Shown: piece by piece, positions 29,699 through 37,721 of the stretch | Numbering within the stretch: position 1 is the first letter of the stretch | Layout of the letters: each line of letters begins with the position of its first letter | Source of the DNA: a virus | Taxonomy: Duplodnaviria; Heunggongvirae; Uroviricota; Caudoviricetes | Length of the DNA stretch: 37,721 bases | IMG/VR virus record: IMGVR_UViG_2778261460_000005 | Coordinates: 1 to 37,721 of that record | Reading direction: 5' to 3' (one strand) | Notes under the pieces: generated by a model | What the model was told of the DNA's origin: nothing | Database searches by the model: none | Seen by the model: only the letters and a program-made list of their open reading frames with translations | Position numbers and translations under genes: made by a program

Positions 29699-31676
29699 AA
29701 CTATTAAAGATTTCCTCGTCTCGCTTGGCTTCAGTGTGGATGATGCAGGAGCGAAAAAGTTCGGTTCTGTCCTCGCCGGTACAACTGCAAATGTCATCAA
29801 AATGGGACTGGCCGTTGAAGGAGCTGCGCTGTCCGTGGTGGCCTTCACGGCTAAGATCGCCTCCGGCCTGGATAATCTTTACTGGGCGTCACAGCGCACC
29901 GGCGCGACAGTCCAGGGAATTCAGTCTATTGGCTATGCGGTTTCGCAGGTTGGCGGCAGCGTGGACGCTGCGCGCGGGTCACTGGAGAGCCTTGCCCGTT
30001 TTATCCGTAATAACCCCGGGGCTGAGGGATTTCTGAATCGTCTGGGGGTACAGACACGGGATGCCAGCGGTAACATGCGTGACATGGCCGCTATTTTTAC
30101 AGGTGTAGGACAGAAGCTCAGCGGCATGCCGTATTACCGGGCTAACCAGTATGCGCAGATGCTGGGCATTGACGAAAATACCCTTATGGCGATGCGCCGG
30201 GGTGTGGGTGGTTTCTCCGGGCAGTACAGCGCAATGGCGAAAGCTATCGGCTTCAATGCTGACGAGGCGGCCAGAAGCTCCAACAAATTTATGACCTCCC
30301 TGCGTGAGTTTAGCGCGATGGCAGGCATGGCCCGTGACAAAATCGGCTCTAATCTTGCGGGTGGGCTTGCGGGTTCGCTGGACACCCTGCGCCGCCATAT
30401 CCTGGACAACTTCCCTCGTATCGAGCAGACCCTGACGAAAGCTATAAAAGGCATTCTGGCGCTCGGGGATATTATCGGGCGGCTGTTCTTCAGACTGATT
30501 GAAGGAACATCAGGCCTCATCACCTGGTGGCAATCGCTGGATAAGCAAACGCGGGAGTTGATCTCGCTGTTTGGTGCACTGACGATTGCGCTGCGCATTC
30601 TGAACAGTACGTTCTGGATGTCGCCGATTGGCCTCATTACCGCGCTGGCGGCGGGTATTGCCCTCCTGTGGGAGGACTATCAGACCTGGAAGGAAGGCGG
30701 CGACAGCCTGATTGACTGGGGCAAGTGGAAACCGGAGGTTGATGCCGCGCTGAAGATGGTTCGTGACCTTAAAACGACCGTTAACGACCTGGTGAAAGCG
30801 CTGGCGAAACTGCTCAATATTGACCCCAAATCATGGTCCCTGAAGTGGGATTTCAGCAACTTCATCGACCAGATGGGCGAATTCAGCAAAATGCTGAACA
30901 TGATCGCCGACCTGCTCAACGCTATCAAAGATGGCCGCTGGGCTGATGCCGTCAGCATCAGCAAACAGATACTTAATCAGGGCAGCGAAAATCCGTCAGC
31001 GATGCCGATGGTTACAGACAGCGCTAACAGTACTGCCGACTGGATTAAAGAGCACTGGGGATTCGATCCCCGCAGTGTGGGCCGGACGGTACGCGGCTGG
31101 TTTGGTGATGATGAGCCGGAACAATATGCACAGGCTACGAAACGAGGAGAACGGAATAACAATCCGGGAAACCTTAATTTTGCTGGTCAGGCAGGGGCTT
31201 CTCTTGAACGCCCGGGCGGGCGATTTGCCAGATTTGAAACTGCTTTTGATGGATTACGGGCTCTTGCTCGTCAGTTAATGCTGTACGCCGGACGGGGAAT
31301 AAACAGTGTGGAGAAAATTATCTCTACCTGGGCACCTGCGTCTGATAATAACAACACAACTGCGTATATCAGGGCTGTATCGCAACGACTGGGAGTGGAT
31401 CCCCGGGCTGCCCTGAATATGAGCGATCCGCAAACCATGTCAGCATTGATGAGCAGCATTATCCAGCATGAAAATGGAAGAAATATCTATTCTCGAGAGC
31501 TGATTAATAAGGCTGCCGTGGCGGGAATTAGTGGCAAAATGACAGAGGTTAACCAGCAAAATACTTACCACATTTACGGTGGCGGAGATCCGCACGCTGT
31601 CGGTAATGAGGTTGCACGTCGGCAACAGTCTGCAAATGCTCAGGTCATGCGAAGTAATCAGGTGAGGGTGGGTTAG
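29688..31676 (+). CDS. Tail tape measure protein (about 662 aa)
   Basis: Long helical/Gly-Ala-rich ORF after chaperone; ATG at 29688 (the track ORF starts at upstream TTG). Confidence 0.85.
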   Translation: MNAETIKDFLVSLGFSVDDAGAKKFGSVLAGTTANVIKMGLAVEGAALSVVAFTAKIASGLDNLYWASQRTGATVQGIQSIGYAVSQVGGSVDAARGSLESLARFIRNNPGAEGFLNRLGVQTRDASGNMRDMAAIFTGVGQKLSGMPYYRANQYAQMLGIDENTLMAMRRGVGGFSGQYSAMAKAIGFNADEAARSSNKFMTSLREFSAMAGMARDKIGSNLAGGLAGSLDTLRRHILDNFPRIEQTLTKAIKGILALGDIIGRLFFRLIEGTSGLITWWQSLDKQTRELISLFGALTIALRILNSTFWMSPIGLITALAAGIALLWEDYQTWKEGGDSLIDWGKWKPEVDAALKMVRDLKTTVNDLVKALAKLLNIDPKSWSLKWDFSNFIDQMGEFSKMLNMIADLLNAIKDGRWADAVSISKQILNQGSENPSAMPMVTDSANSTADWIKEHWGFDPRSVGRTVRGWFGDDEPEQYAQATKRGERNNNPGNLNFAGQAGASLERPGGRFARFETAFDGLRALARQLMLYAGRGINSVEKIISTWAPASDNNNTTAYIRAVSQRLGVDPRAALNMSDPQTMSALMSSIIQHENGRNIYSRELINKAAVAGISGKMTEVNQQNTYHIYGGGDPHAVGNEVARRQQSANAQVMRSNQVRVG

Positions 31677-32263
31677 TGGATATTCTCTCTACACTTTTTC
31701 ATCAGCAGAGCAGAAAAATAGGAATGATTGTTCCCAGTGTTGTTATTTCAGAGAAGCATACAGATATGCTTGAAATAACAGAGCATCCGGTAGAGGTCGG
31801 GGCCGCTGTCGCTGATCATGCCTATAAAAAACCGTCAGAAGTGGTGATGGAGGTTGGTTTCGCCGGTGGCGGCGCATTGCTGGCTTTTGCCAGTAATCTG
31901 ACGGCTACCAGCCTGCTCGGCCTGAGTCCTCAGCAGACGTATCAGGAGCTACTGGATCTGCAGGAAAGCCGTATCCCCTTCGATGTGGTAACCGGTAAAC
32001 GACTGTACAGCAACATGTTGATCCGGGCGCTGGAAGTGACGACGGACAAGACAACCGAAAACGTCCTGTCCGCCGTCCTCACCCTGAGGGAGGTCCTTAT
32101 CTCCCGGACGCAGCAGATTACCGTCGCGGATAAAACCAACATGAAGGAAGGGGCCAGCACGTCGGCGGTACAGAATAGCGGCAACAAAACCACAAAGCCT
32201 CCAGATACTTCACTGCTGAAAAGCATCACGGGTAACGTGGCGTCATTACTGGGAGGCGGCTAA
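31676..32263 (+). CDS. Putative tail/baseplate protein (195 aa)
   Basis: GTG start overlapping tape measure stop; position in tail module. Confidence 0.45.
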   Translation: MDILSTLFHQQSRKIGMIVPSVVISEKHTDMLEITEHPVEVGAAVADHAYKKPSEVVMEVGFAGGGALLAFASNLTATSLLGLSPQQTYQELLDLQESRIPFDVVTGKRLYSNMLIRALEVTTDKTTENVLSAVLTLREVLISRTQQITVADKTNMKEGASTSAVQNSGNKTTKPPDTSLLKSITGNVASLLGGG

Positions 32264-32565
32264 TGACAATTCAGGAAATTCCGCTGACAGCGGACAACCA
32301 GCAGTTCAGCATCGTCTTGGGTGGTGTCACTTGGCAGATTAGCATCATATGGCGCGATCCTTACTGGATTATGGACCTGCAGAACGACAGAGGGGAGCCG
32401 GTAATCTCCGGTATTCCTCTCGTCACTGGCGCTGATCTGCTGGCGCAGTACGACTGTATGGGACTTGGTTTTAAGCTGGTGGTGGTCTGCGATGACAACA
32501 CACAGGATTATCCCACGAAAACTGATCTGGGCGGCCTCAGTCATTTACTGGTATCAACGGAGTAA
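32263..32565 (+). CDS. Putative tail protein (100 aa)
   Basis: ATGA-coupled ORF in tail module. Confidence 0.45.
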   Translation: MTIQEIPLTADNQQFSIVLGGVTWQISIIWRDPYWIMDLQNDRGEPVISGIPLVTGADLLAQYDCMGLGFKLVVVCDDNTQDYPTKTDLGGLSHLLVSTE

Positions 32566-32567
32566 GC

Positions 32568-33629
32568 ATGTCACAGAACTGGATGAGACATTTCGAGCTG
32601 CAGCTTGTGGACGGGAACGGTCAGGGAATTGAGCTAAGTGATTTCAAAGTCACCTTTACGATCGACTGGTTCAACATCAGCAGCGCGTCCCGGGTAGGGA
32701 CTATCAAAATTTATAACCTCTCGGCAGATACTGTGAACCGAATCACCGGGCAGGAATTTTCGAAAGTGCGTCTGATTGCCGGTTACGACGGTGTCGCGCC
32801 AGAGGTGTCAGCAAGCGACGTAGGGACCGTGCGGGAAGTTGACGCGGCGGACGTGGGCCAGAGAGATGGCCGCAACTACGGACTGATTTTCAGCGGTGAA
32901 ATTCGCTACTCGGTCACAGGAAAAGACAGTCCGGTTGATACCTACGTCCTGATTCAGGCAGCAGATACTGATCTGGCTTTTGCCACCAGTATAACCTCAC
33001 AGACGCTGGCTGCCGGTTACACGGTCGCTGATGTGAACCGTGCGCTGATGAAAGACTTCGAAGCCAAAGGCGCGACCGAAGGCCTGACGCCTGAAATGCC
33101 TGCTACTGTATTCCCCCGGGGGCGGGTACTCTTTGGCATGACGCGGCATCTTATGGATAACGTAGCCGGTCAATGTGGCGCAACATGGCAATTCGTGGAC
33201 GGTCAACGCCAGATGGTGGCGAATAACGAATATGTTCATGAAGCGATTGTGCTCAACAGCGCTACCGGGCTTATTGGCATGCCGCAGCAGACTATCGGTA
33301 ACGGCGTAAACGTCCGCGCGCTTATTAATCCGAACATCCGGGTTAACGGACTCATTCAGCTGGATCAGGCTTCCGTGTATCGTACCGCCTTGTCGAACAA
33401 CGATATTGCGATGGCTGGTGGGCAGATCACTGACCAGAACACGGACGGAAATATCACGCTTAGCGGCACCACGGCGCAGCCTGCCAGCATCGCAACGGAT
33501 GGCGTTTATATTGTGCGCGGGATTATGTACAGTGGCGATACAAGGGGCCAGGCGTGGTACATGGATATGATGTGCGAAGCGCGTGGCGCGGCGGATCTGT
33601 ATACGCAATCGGCTTTGCAAAGGGGATGA
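32568..33629 (+). CDS. Putative baseplate hub protein (353 aa)
   Basis: Size and position after tape measure block. Confidence 0.5.
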   Translation: MSQNWMRHFELQLVDGNGQGIELSDFKVTFTIDWFNISSASRVGTIKIYNLSADTVNRITGQEFSKVRLIAGYDGVAPEVSASDVGTVREVDAADVGQRDGRNYGLIFSGEIRYSVTGKDSPVDTYVLIQAADTDLAFATSITSQTLAAGYTVADVNRALMKDFEAKGATEGLTPEMPATVFPRGRVLFGMTRHLMDNVAGQCGATWQFVDGQRQMVANNEYVHEAIVLNSATGLIGMPQQTIGNGVNVRALINPNIRVNGLIQLDQASVYRTALSNNDIAMAGGQITDQNTDGNITLSGTTAQPASIATDGVYIVRGIMYSGDTRGQAWYMDMMCEARGAADLYTQSALQRG

Positions 33630-33632
33630 GCA

Positions 33633-33974
33633 ATGAGGGGTATTATTTTTCTGTTAGCTGTCTTTTCTGCGTGCAGCGCGTGGGCGGATGGCTTCACGGT
33701 TAAATGCGGTGGCTACACTATGGTTGCAAACCAGGGCGAGTTATCGACAATCAACGGTGAAAGAGTTACCTCTCAAAAAATCACCGAACTGGGTACCAAT
33801 GGTTTGAAAGTAGACATGGGGCTTATGCCTGCCAAAGACGGTAACAACTACGGCTTTGAATACATTCGTCGCCCTGGTACCGAAACGCGATTCCTGAATG
33901 TCCAACTGCTGCAGAACAGCATGGATGCGCCGAAAATCATCGGTTCCTTTCCATGCAAAAAGATTGTTGATTAA
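33633..33974 (+). CDS. Small secreted protein (113 aa) with N-terminal signal peptide
   Basis: MRGIIFLLAVFSACSAWA-DG: hydrophobic core plus AWA cleavage motif (or lipobox-like FSAC); two Cys in mature part. Confidence 0.6.
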   Translation: MRGIIFLLAVFSACSAWADGFTVKCGGYTMVANQGELSTINGERVTSQKITELGTNGLKVDMGLMPAKDGNNYGFEYIRRPGTETRFLNVQLLQNSMDAPKIIGSFPCKKIVD

Positions 33975-33991
33975 TCACTCGTAATTATAAT
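33964..33991 (+). promoter_or_regulatory. Putative sigma70 promoter (TTGTTG-N16-TATAAT) for the small membrane protein gene
   Basis: Perfect -10 TATAAT at 33986-33991, weak -35 at 33964-33969; RBS AAGGAA before ATG 34028. Confidence 0.45.
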
Positions 33992-34027
33992 GTGGTACTT
34001 CTACTTTCACGATAAGGAATTTGTCGC

Positions 34028-34267
34028 ATGTTCGGATTTGATAAATTAATAACTCCAAAAATCATCAACGTTCTGTATGGCATCACAATGTTACTTCTGG
34101 TTGTTGCCGCCATTATAACGTTTGTTAATGGGAAGGCTGCTGGCGCTTTAGTGCTTTTGTTATGTGCTGTATTTTGCCGAATATTCTTTGAGTGCATCAT
34201 GGTGTCATTTAAAAACAATGAGTATCTTCGCCGAATAGCTGAAGCGTTAGAAGCAAACAAGCAGTAA
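34028..34267 (+). CDS. Small inner-membrane protein (79 aa, two predicted TM helices)
   Basis: Hydrophobic segments INVLYGITMLLLVVAAIITFV and AGALVLLLCAVFCRIFFECIMV; own promoter and terminator. Confidence 0.65.
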   Translation: MFGFDKLITPKIINVLYGITMLLLVVAAIITFVNGKAAGALVLLLCAVFCRIFFECIMVSFKNNEYLRRIAEALEANKQ

Positions 34268-34283
34268 TGAAACTTCAATAATG

Positions 34284-34308
34284 AACCCGCCACCCGCGGG
34301 TTTTTTGC
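34284..34308 (+). terminator. Intrinsic terminator
   Basis: AACCCGC-CACCC-GCGGGTT hairpin followed by TTTTGCTTT. Confidence 0.75.
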
Positions 34309-34325
34309 TTTCTGGAGCCTACTAA

Positions 34326-35078
34326 ATGGCAGTATCTGACCAGACCCGCAGCGGCGACCTTGCCGAAACATTCAAATCTGAACGGGAAACAACAAAGAAC
34401 CAGATCCGTGTCGCCTTGCCTGGCATTGTTCAGTCATTCGATCCCGACGCGGTGACGGCGGTTGTGCAGCCAGCTATCCGTTCGGTTGAAAAGGATAACG
34501 ACGGTAACCGCATTACCAAAAATTACCCGTTGCTGGTGGATGTGCCAGTGGTATTTCCGCGCGGCGGAGGCTGTACGTTGACTTTTCCGGTTAAAGCCGG
34601 GGATGAGTGTCTTGTCGTTTTTGCCGATCGTTGTATTGATTTCTGGTGGCAGAGCGGTGGGATACAGGAGCCGGTCGATGACAGAATGCATGATTTATCG
34701 GATGCGTTTTGTATTGCCGGTCCCCAGTCGCAGGCGAGGAAGATTAGCGGTATTAATACCAGTGCCACACAGTTGCGTAGTGACGACGGCAGCACCTATT
34801 TTGAGCTTAATCCTGATACCCGGAAAATTAAAATTGTCGCCCCGGGTGGTCTTGATGTGGTTGCCCCTCTGGCTGATTTTTCTGAGAAAGTAACCATTCA
34901 TGGCCTGTTAACCTGGATGGGGGGCATGGTGGGGTCTGTTGTTTCTGGTGTGGCTTCAAAAATCACTGGTGCTGTTGAGTTCTTGGGGAGCGTTAAGGCT
35001 AACGGCAAGCCAATCGATGATACGCACACTCATGGCGGTGTTCAGCGCGGTGGAAGCAATACCGATGGGGTAAACTGA
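34326..35078 (+). CDS. Putative baseplate spike protein (gpV-like), 250 aa
   Basis: Position before W/J/I-like baseplate genes; Gly-rich C-terminus. Confidence 0.55.
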   Translation: MAVSDQTRSGDLAETFKSERETTKNQIRVALPGIVQSFDPDAVTAVVQPAIRSVEKDNDGNRITKNYPLLVDVPVVFPRGGGCTLTFPVKAGDECLVVFADRCIDFWWQSGGIQEPVDDRMHDLSDAFCIAGPQSQARKISGINTSATQLRSDDGSTYFELNPDTRKIKIVAPGGLDVVAPLADFSEKVTIHGLLTWMGGMVGSVVSGVASKITGAVEFLGSVKANGKPIDDTHTHGGVQRGGSNTDGVN

Positions 35079-35431
35079 TGCGATACAGACGTGAAGACGC
35101 CGATGGCGATTACACCTTTGGCAGCGGTGATGACACCTGGCTGATTAACTCACCGGAGGCCGTGGCGCAGGCGGTAAAAACGCGATTCGAATTGTGGTAT
35201 GGGCAGTGGTTTCTCGACACCACAGAGGGGACACCGTGGATTCAGTCCGTACTCGGTAAGCAGAAGCCGGAAACCTACAACTTGGCGATCCGTAAGCGCA
35301 TCCTCGAAACGCGGGGCGTTAAATCCATTCTCTCTTTCAATACGACAGTGAACACGACGACGCGCCGCGTCCAGTTCTTCGCTGAGATCGACACTATCTA
35401 CGGAACAACGACAGTAACCAGCGAGGCATAA
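35078..35431 (+). CDS. Putative baseplate wedge protein (gpW/gp25-like), 117 aa
   Basis: Size and position immediately upstream of the J-like gene; ATGA coupling. Confidence 0.5.
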   Translation: MRYRREDADGDYTFGSGDDTWLINSPEAVAQAVKTRFELWYGQWFLDTTEGTPWIQSVLGKQKPETYNLAIRKRILETRGVKSILSFNTTVNTTTRRVQFFAEIDTIYGTTTVTSEA

Positions 35432-36631
35432 ATGGCCCTCAATTTGGATACACTCGGCTTATCGGCAACGGTAACCGCTGAGGGGATCAGCGCGCCTGAT
35501 TACCAGACGATACTCGATACCCTGACAAGCTATTTCCAGCAGATTTACGGCAGTGACGCTTATCTGGAACCGGACAGCAAAGACGGCCAGATGGTGGCTC
35601 TGATGGCGCTGGCGATTCATGATGCCAATAATATGGCGATAACTGTCTACAACTGTTTTTCACCGGCAACCGGCTATGGGGCTGCACTGACCAGTAACGT
35701 GAAAATAAATGGTATTTCACGTAAAGGCGCGACGAATTCTACGGTTGATTTGCTTCTTACAGGAACTGCCGGAACAACCATCATTAATGGCAGCGTGAAA
35801 GACAGTAATAATGTGATATGGCGTTTGCCTGCTTCAGTGGTGGTCGGCGTGGATGGTACAGTGATGGTGACCGCAAAATGTTCTGTCAGTGGTGCAGTGG
35901 CGGCGCTGGCTGGAACTATCACTGAAATTAATACGCCAACCCGTGGCTGGGTTTCGGTAACCAATCCTGCTGCAGCTACTGTAGGCACTCCAGCAGAAAC
36001 TGATGCGGAGTTACGTATCCGCCAGTCGCAAAGTGTTGCGTTGCCATCAATAACCCCATTTGAAGCACTGGATGGTGCTGTTTCTAATGTTACCGGTGTA
36101 ACCCGCCACAAACTCTATGAAAACGATACTGGTTCGGAGGACGGTAACGGGTTACCGCCACACTCTGTTGCTGTAATTGTGGATGGCGGTGATGTGACGG
36201 ATATTGCTCAGGCTATCAGAGGAAATAAAGGCCAGGGGACAGCCACTCACGGTACAACATCCGTTACGGTTCCGGATAAATACGGCAATCCCCATGTAAT
36301 CAAATTCTCGCGTTCCAGTGATGTGCCTGTTTACGCCCGGATTAAATTAAAAGTTTTTACGGGTTATACCTCACAGATAGGGCAGCAGATCCAGCAGGCT
36401 ATTTCCGACTATATCAATAGTCTGATGATTGGTGATTCGGTCCTTTTAAGTCGCATTTACTCACCGGCGAATCTTGGCGTGGTGAGTGGCGGGAATGCAC
36501 GCTATTACGATATTCAGGAACTGACGATTGGGAAATCCCCGGGGGCTTTGTCGTCATCAAACATTGATATCAGATACAACGAATCTACGTCCTGTACCCC
36601 GGAAAATATCGTTATAACGGTGGAGTCATGA
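35432..36631 (+). CDS. Baseplate J-like protein (399 aa)
   Basis: Size and position typical of gpJ/gp47-family baseplate proteins. Confidence 0.7.
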   Translation: MALNLDTLGLSATVTAEGISAPDYQTILDTLTSYFQQIYGSDAYLEPDSKDGQMVALMALAIHDANNMAITVYNCFSPATGYGAALTSNVKINGISRKGATNSTVDLLLTGTAGTTIINGSVKDSNNVIWRLPASVVVGVDGTVMVTAKCSVSGAVAALAGTITEINTPTRGWVSVTNPAAATVGTPAETDAELRIRQSQSVALPSITPFEALDGAVSNVTGVTRHKLYENDTGSEDGNGLPPHSVAVIVDGGDVTDIAQAIRGNKGQGTATHGTTSVTVPDKYGNPHVIKFSRSSDVPVYARIKLKVFTGYTSQIGQQIQQAISDYINSLMIGDSVLLSRIYSPANLGVVSGGNARYYDIQELTIGKSPGALSSSNIDIRYNESTSCTPENIVITVES

Positions 36632-37308
36632 GCAAATACACCGAACTAATCACGAACTACCACGCCACCAAACCTAAATTTCTTGCGCATGTTGATCTGA
36701 TGACCCGGCCACTTATTGATGTTGCGGCTGCCACCAGAGGGCTGATTACTGCATTTGATATTGACTCTGCGGTTGGTGTGCAACTTGACATTCTTGGATT
36801 GTGGATCGGACGTAGCCGTGTTGTCAGCCAGCCTATCTCAGGTGTCTATTTCAGCTGGGATACCGACGGGCTTGGATATGATCAGGGGGTATGGCAGGGA
36901 CCATACGATCCTGATTCAGGATACATGTATCTCAGCGATGAAACTTATCGTGTCATTCTTAAAGCGAAGATTGCGATTAATAACTGGGACGGACGGAATG
37001 ATTCGCTTCCGGCAATTCTTGACGCGGCAACAGCAGGATCCGGGCTGCGAATGCAGATAGTCGATAACCAGGACATGACGATATCGGTCTGGGTCTTTCC
37101 TGATACTGATATTTCAGATGTATCGCGTGAGTTAATTGCGGCAATTAAACAGGGGTATCTAACAGTAAAAGCCGCCGGGGTATGGGCGGGGGGCATTGAA
37201 ACACCTTCGGTGGAAACTCCATCGGAAGGCTCTAAATTTTTTGGTTTTGATATGGATAACGAATTCATCAGTGGTTTTGATGTAGGGGCATGGGGAGTAT
37301 TACTCTGA
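36628..37308 (+). CDS. Putative baseplate/tail protein (gpI-like), 226 aa
   Basis: ATGA-coupled to J-like gene, precedes tail fiber. Confidence 0.55.
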   Translation: MSKYTELITNYHATKPKFLAHVDLMTRPLIDVAAATRGLITAFDIDSAVGVQLDILGLWIGRSRVVSQPISGVYFSWDTDGLGYDQGVWQGPYDPDSGYMYLSDETYRVILKAKIAINNWDGRNDSLPAILDAATAGSGLRMQIVDNQDMTISVWVFPDTDISDVSRELIAAIKQGYLTVKAAGVWAGGIETPSVETPSEGSKFFGFDMDNEFISGFDVGAWGVLL

Positions 37309-37721
37309 TGGCGAAAAATGACTTTAAAGCGTTTGCAACTGATCGAAATGCCAATGTTATGTCGCAGGAGGAATGGGAAGCGTTGCCTGCGCTTATATCC
37401 GGATTTACAGCAGGGAAAGCATCCAGTGCGCAAGTCAATAAGGTTATTCGGCAGGCCAGCTTTATTGCTGCAGCTCTGGCCCAGTTTGTAAGTGATAAAA
37501 CGCAACGGGATGTGCTTGATAATGGTGATCTGCCCGGTTTTGTTGAATTGCTGGGATCGGGGTTTGCTGTTGAATACCTGAGCCGCAAGAATCCGTTTGG
37601 CGATATCAAATCGGATGGCACTGTGCAAACGGCTCTCGAAAACCTTGGTTTAAGAGCAAGCGGGCAGTACACCGATAATTTGTTATTTACAGGTCCTGAT
37701 GGTCTTAAGATTCAGGTGTTT
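37308..37721 (+). CDS. Tail fiber protein, N-terminal part (3' truncated by window end)
   Basis: [61 protein letters not shown]... conserved tail-fiber N-terminus; runs off the window. Confidence 0.6.
   Translation, partial: MAKNDFKAFATDRNANVMSQEEWEALPALISGFTAGKASSAQVNKVIRQASFIAAALAQFVSDKTQRDVLDNGDLPGFVELLGSGFAVEYLSRKNPFGDIKSDGTVQTALENLGLRASGQYTDNLLFTGPDGLKIQVF

Noticed and set aside
29979-30637. Minus-strand ORFs (139 and 167 aa) inside the tape measure gene
   Set aside because: Antisense to a long confident CDS; Arg/Pro-rich junk-like sequence.
32475-32482. Chi-like octamer GCTGGTGG inside a tail gene
   Set aside because: A single occurrence in coding sequence; nothing suggests functional significance.
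36945-37672. Minus-strand ORFs (227 and 134 aa) across the gpI-like and tail fiber genes
   Set aside because: Antisense to coupled late genes with clear RBS/ATG starts; no supporting features.

Overview
The window holds the left ~36 kb of a mosaic lambdoid prophage integrated at the thrW tRNA gene immediately downstream of proA; the right end (attR) lies beyond the window. Gene order left to right: proA, thrW, integrase/excisionase, a block of small early-left genes, lambda-type exo-bet-gam-kil-cIII, sieB, N, nutL/pL/OL, a single cargo gene where lambda carries rexAB, lambda-type cI/OR/cro/cII/O(ori)/P/ren, a reduced nin region, a phage-82/QuuD-type Q, two phage tRNAs, a phage-21-type lysis cassette (pinholin, SAR endolysin, Rz/Rz1), an accessory block (trypsin-like protease plus a convergent small-gene pair), terminase, portal, head genes, and a contractile-tail module (sheath, tube, frameshifted chaperone, tape measure, baseplate, start of tail fiber). 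All calls rest on reading the supplied ORF translations, recognisable motifs and remembered lambda sequences; no database search was run. The most notable candidate is a 285-aa predicted NYN/LabA-like nuclease with a basic tail sitting exactly in the rexAB position, with its own leader. Other candidates are a stand-alone cytoplasmic trypsin-like protease cassette, an antisense small-gene pair beside terS, and a promoter-gene-terminator moron inside the baseplate module. No CRISPR array or IS element was seen.
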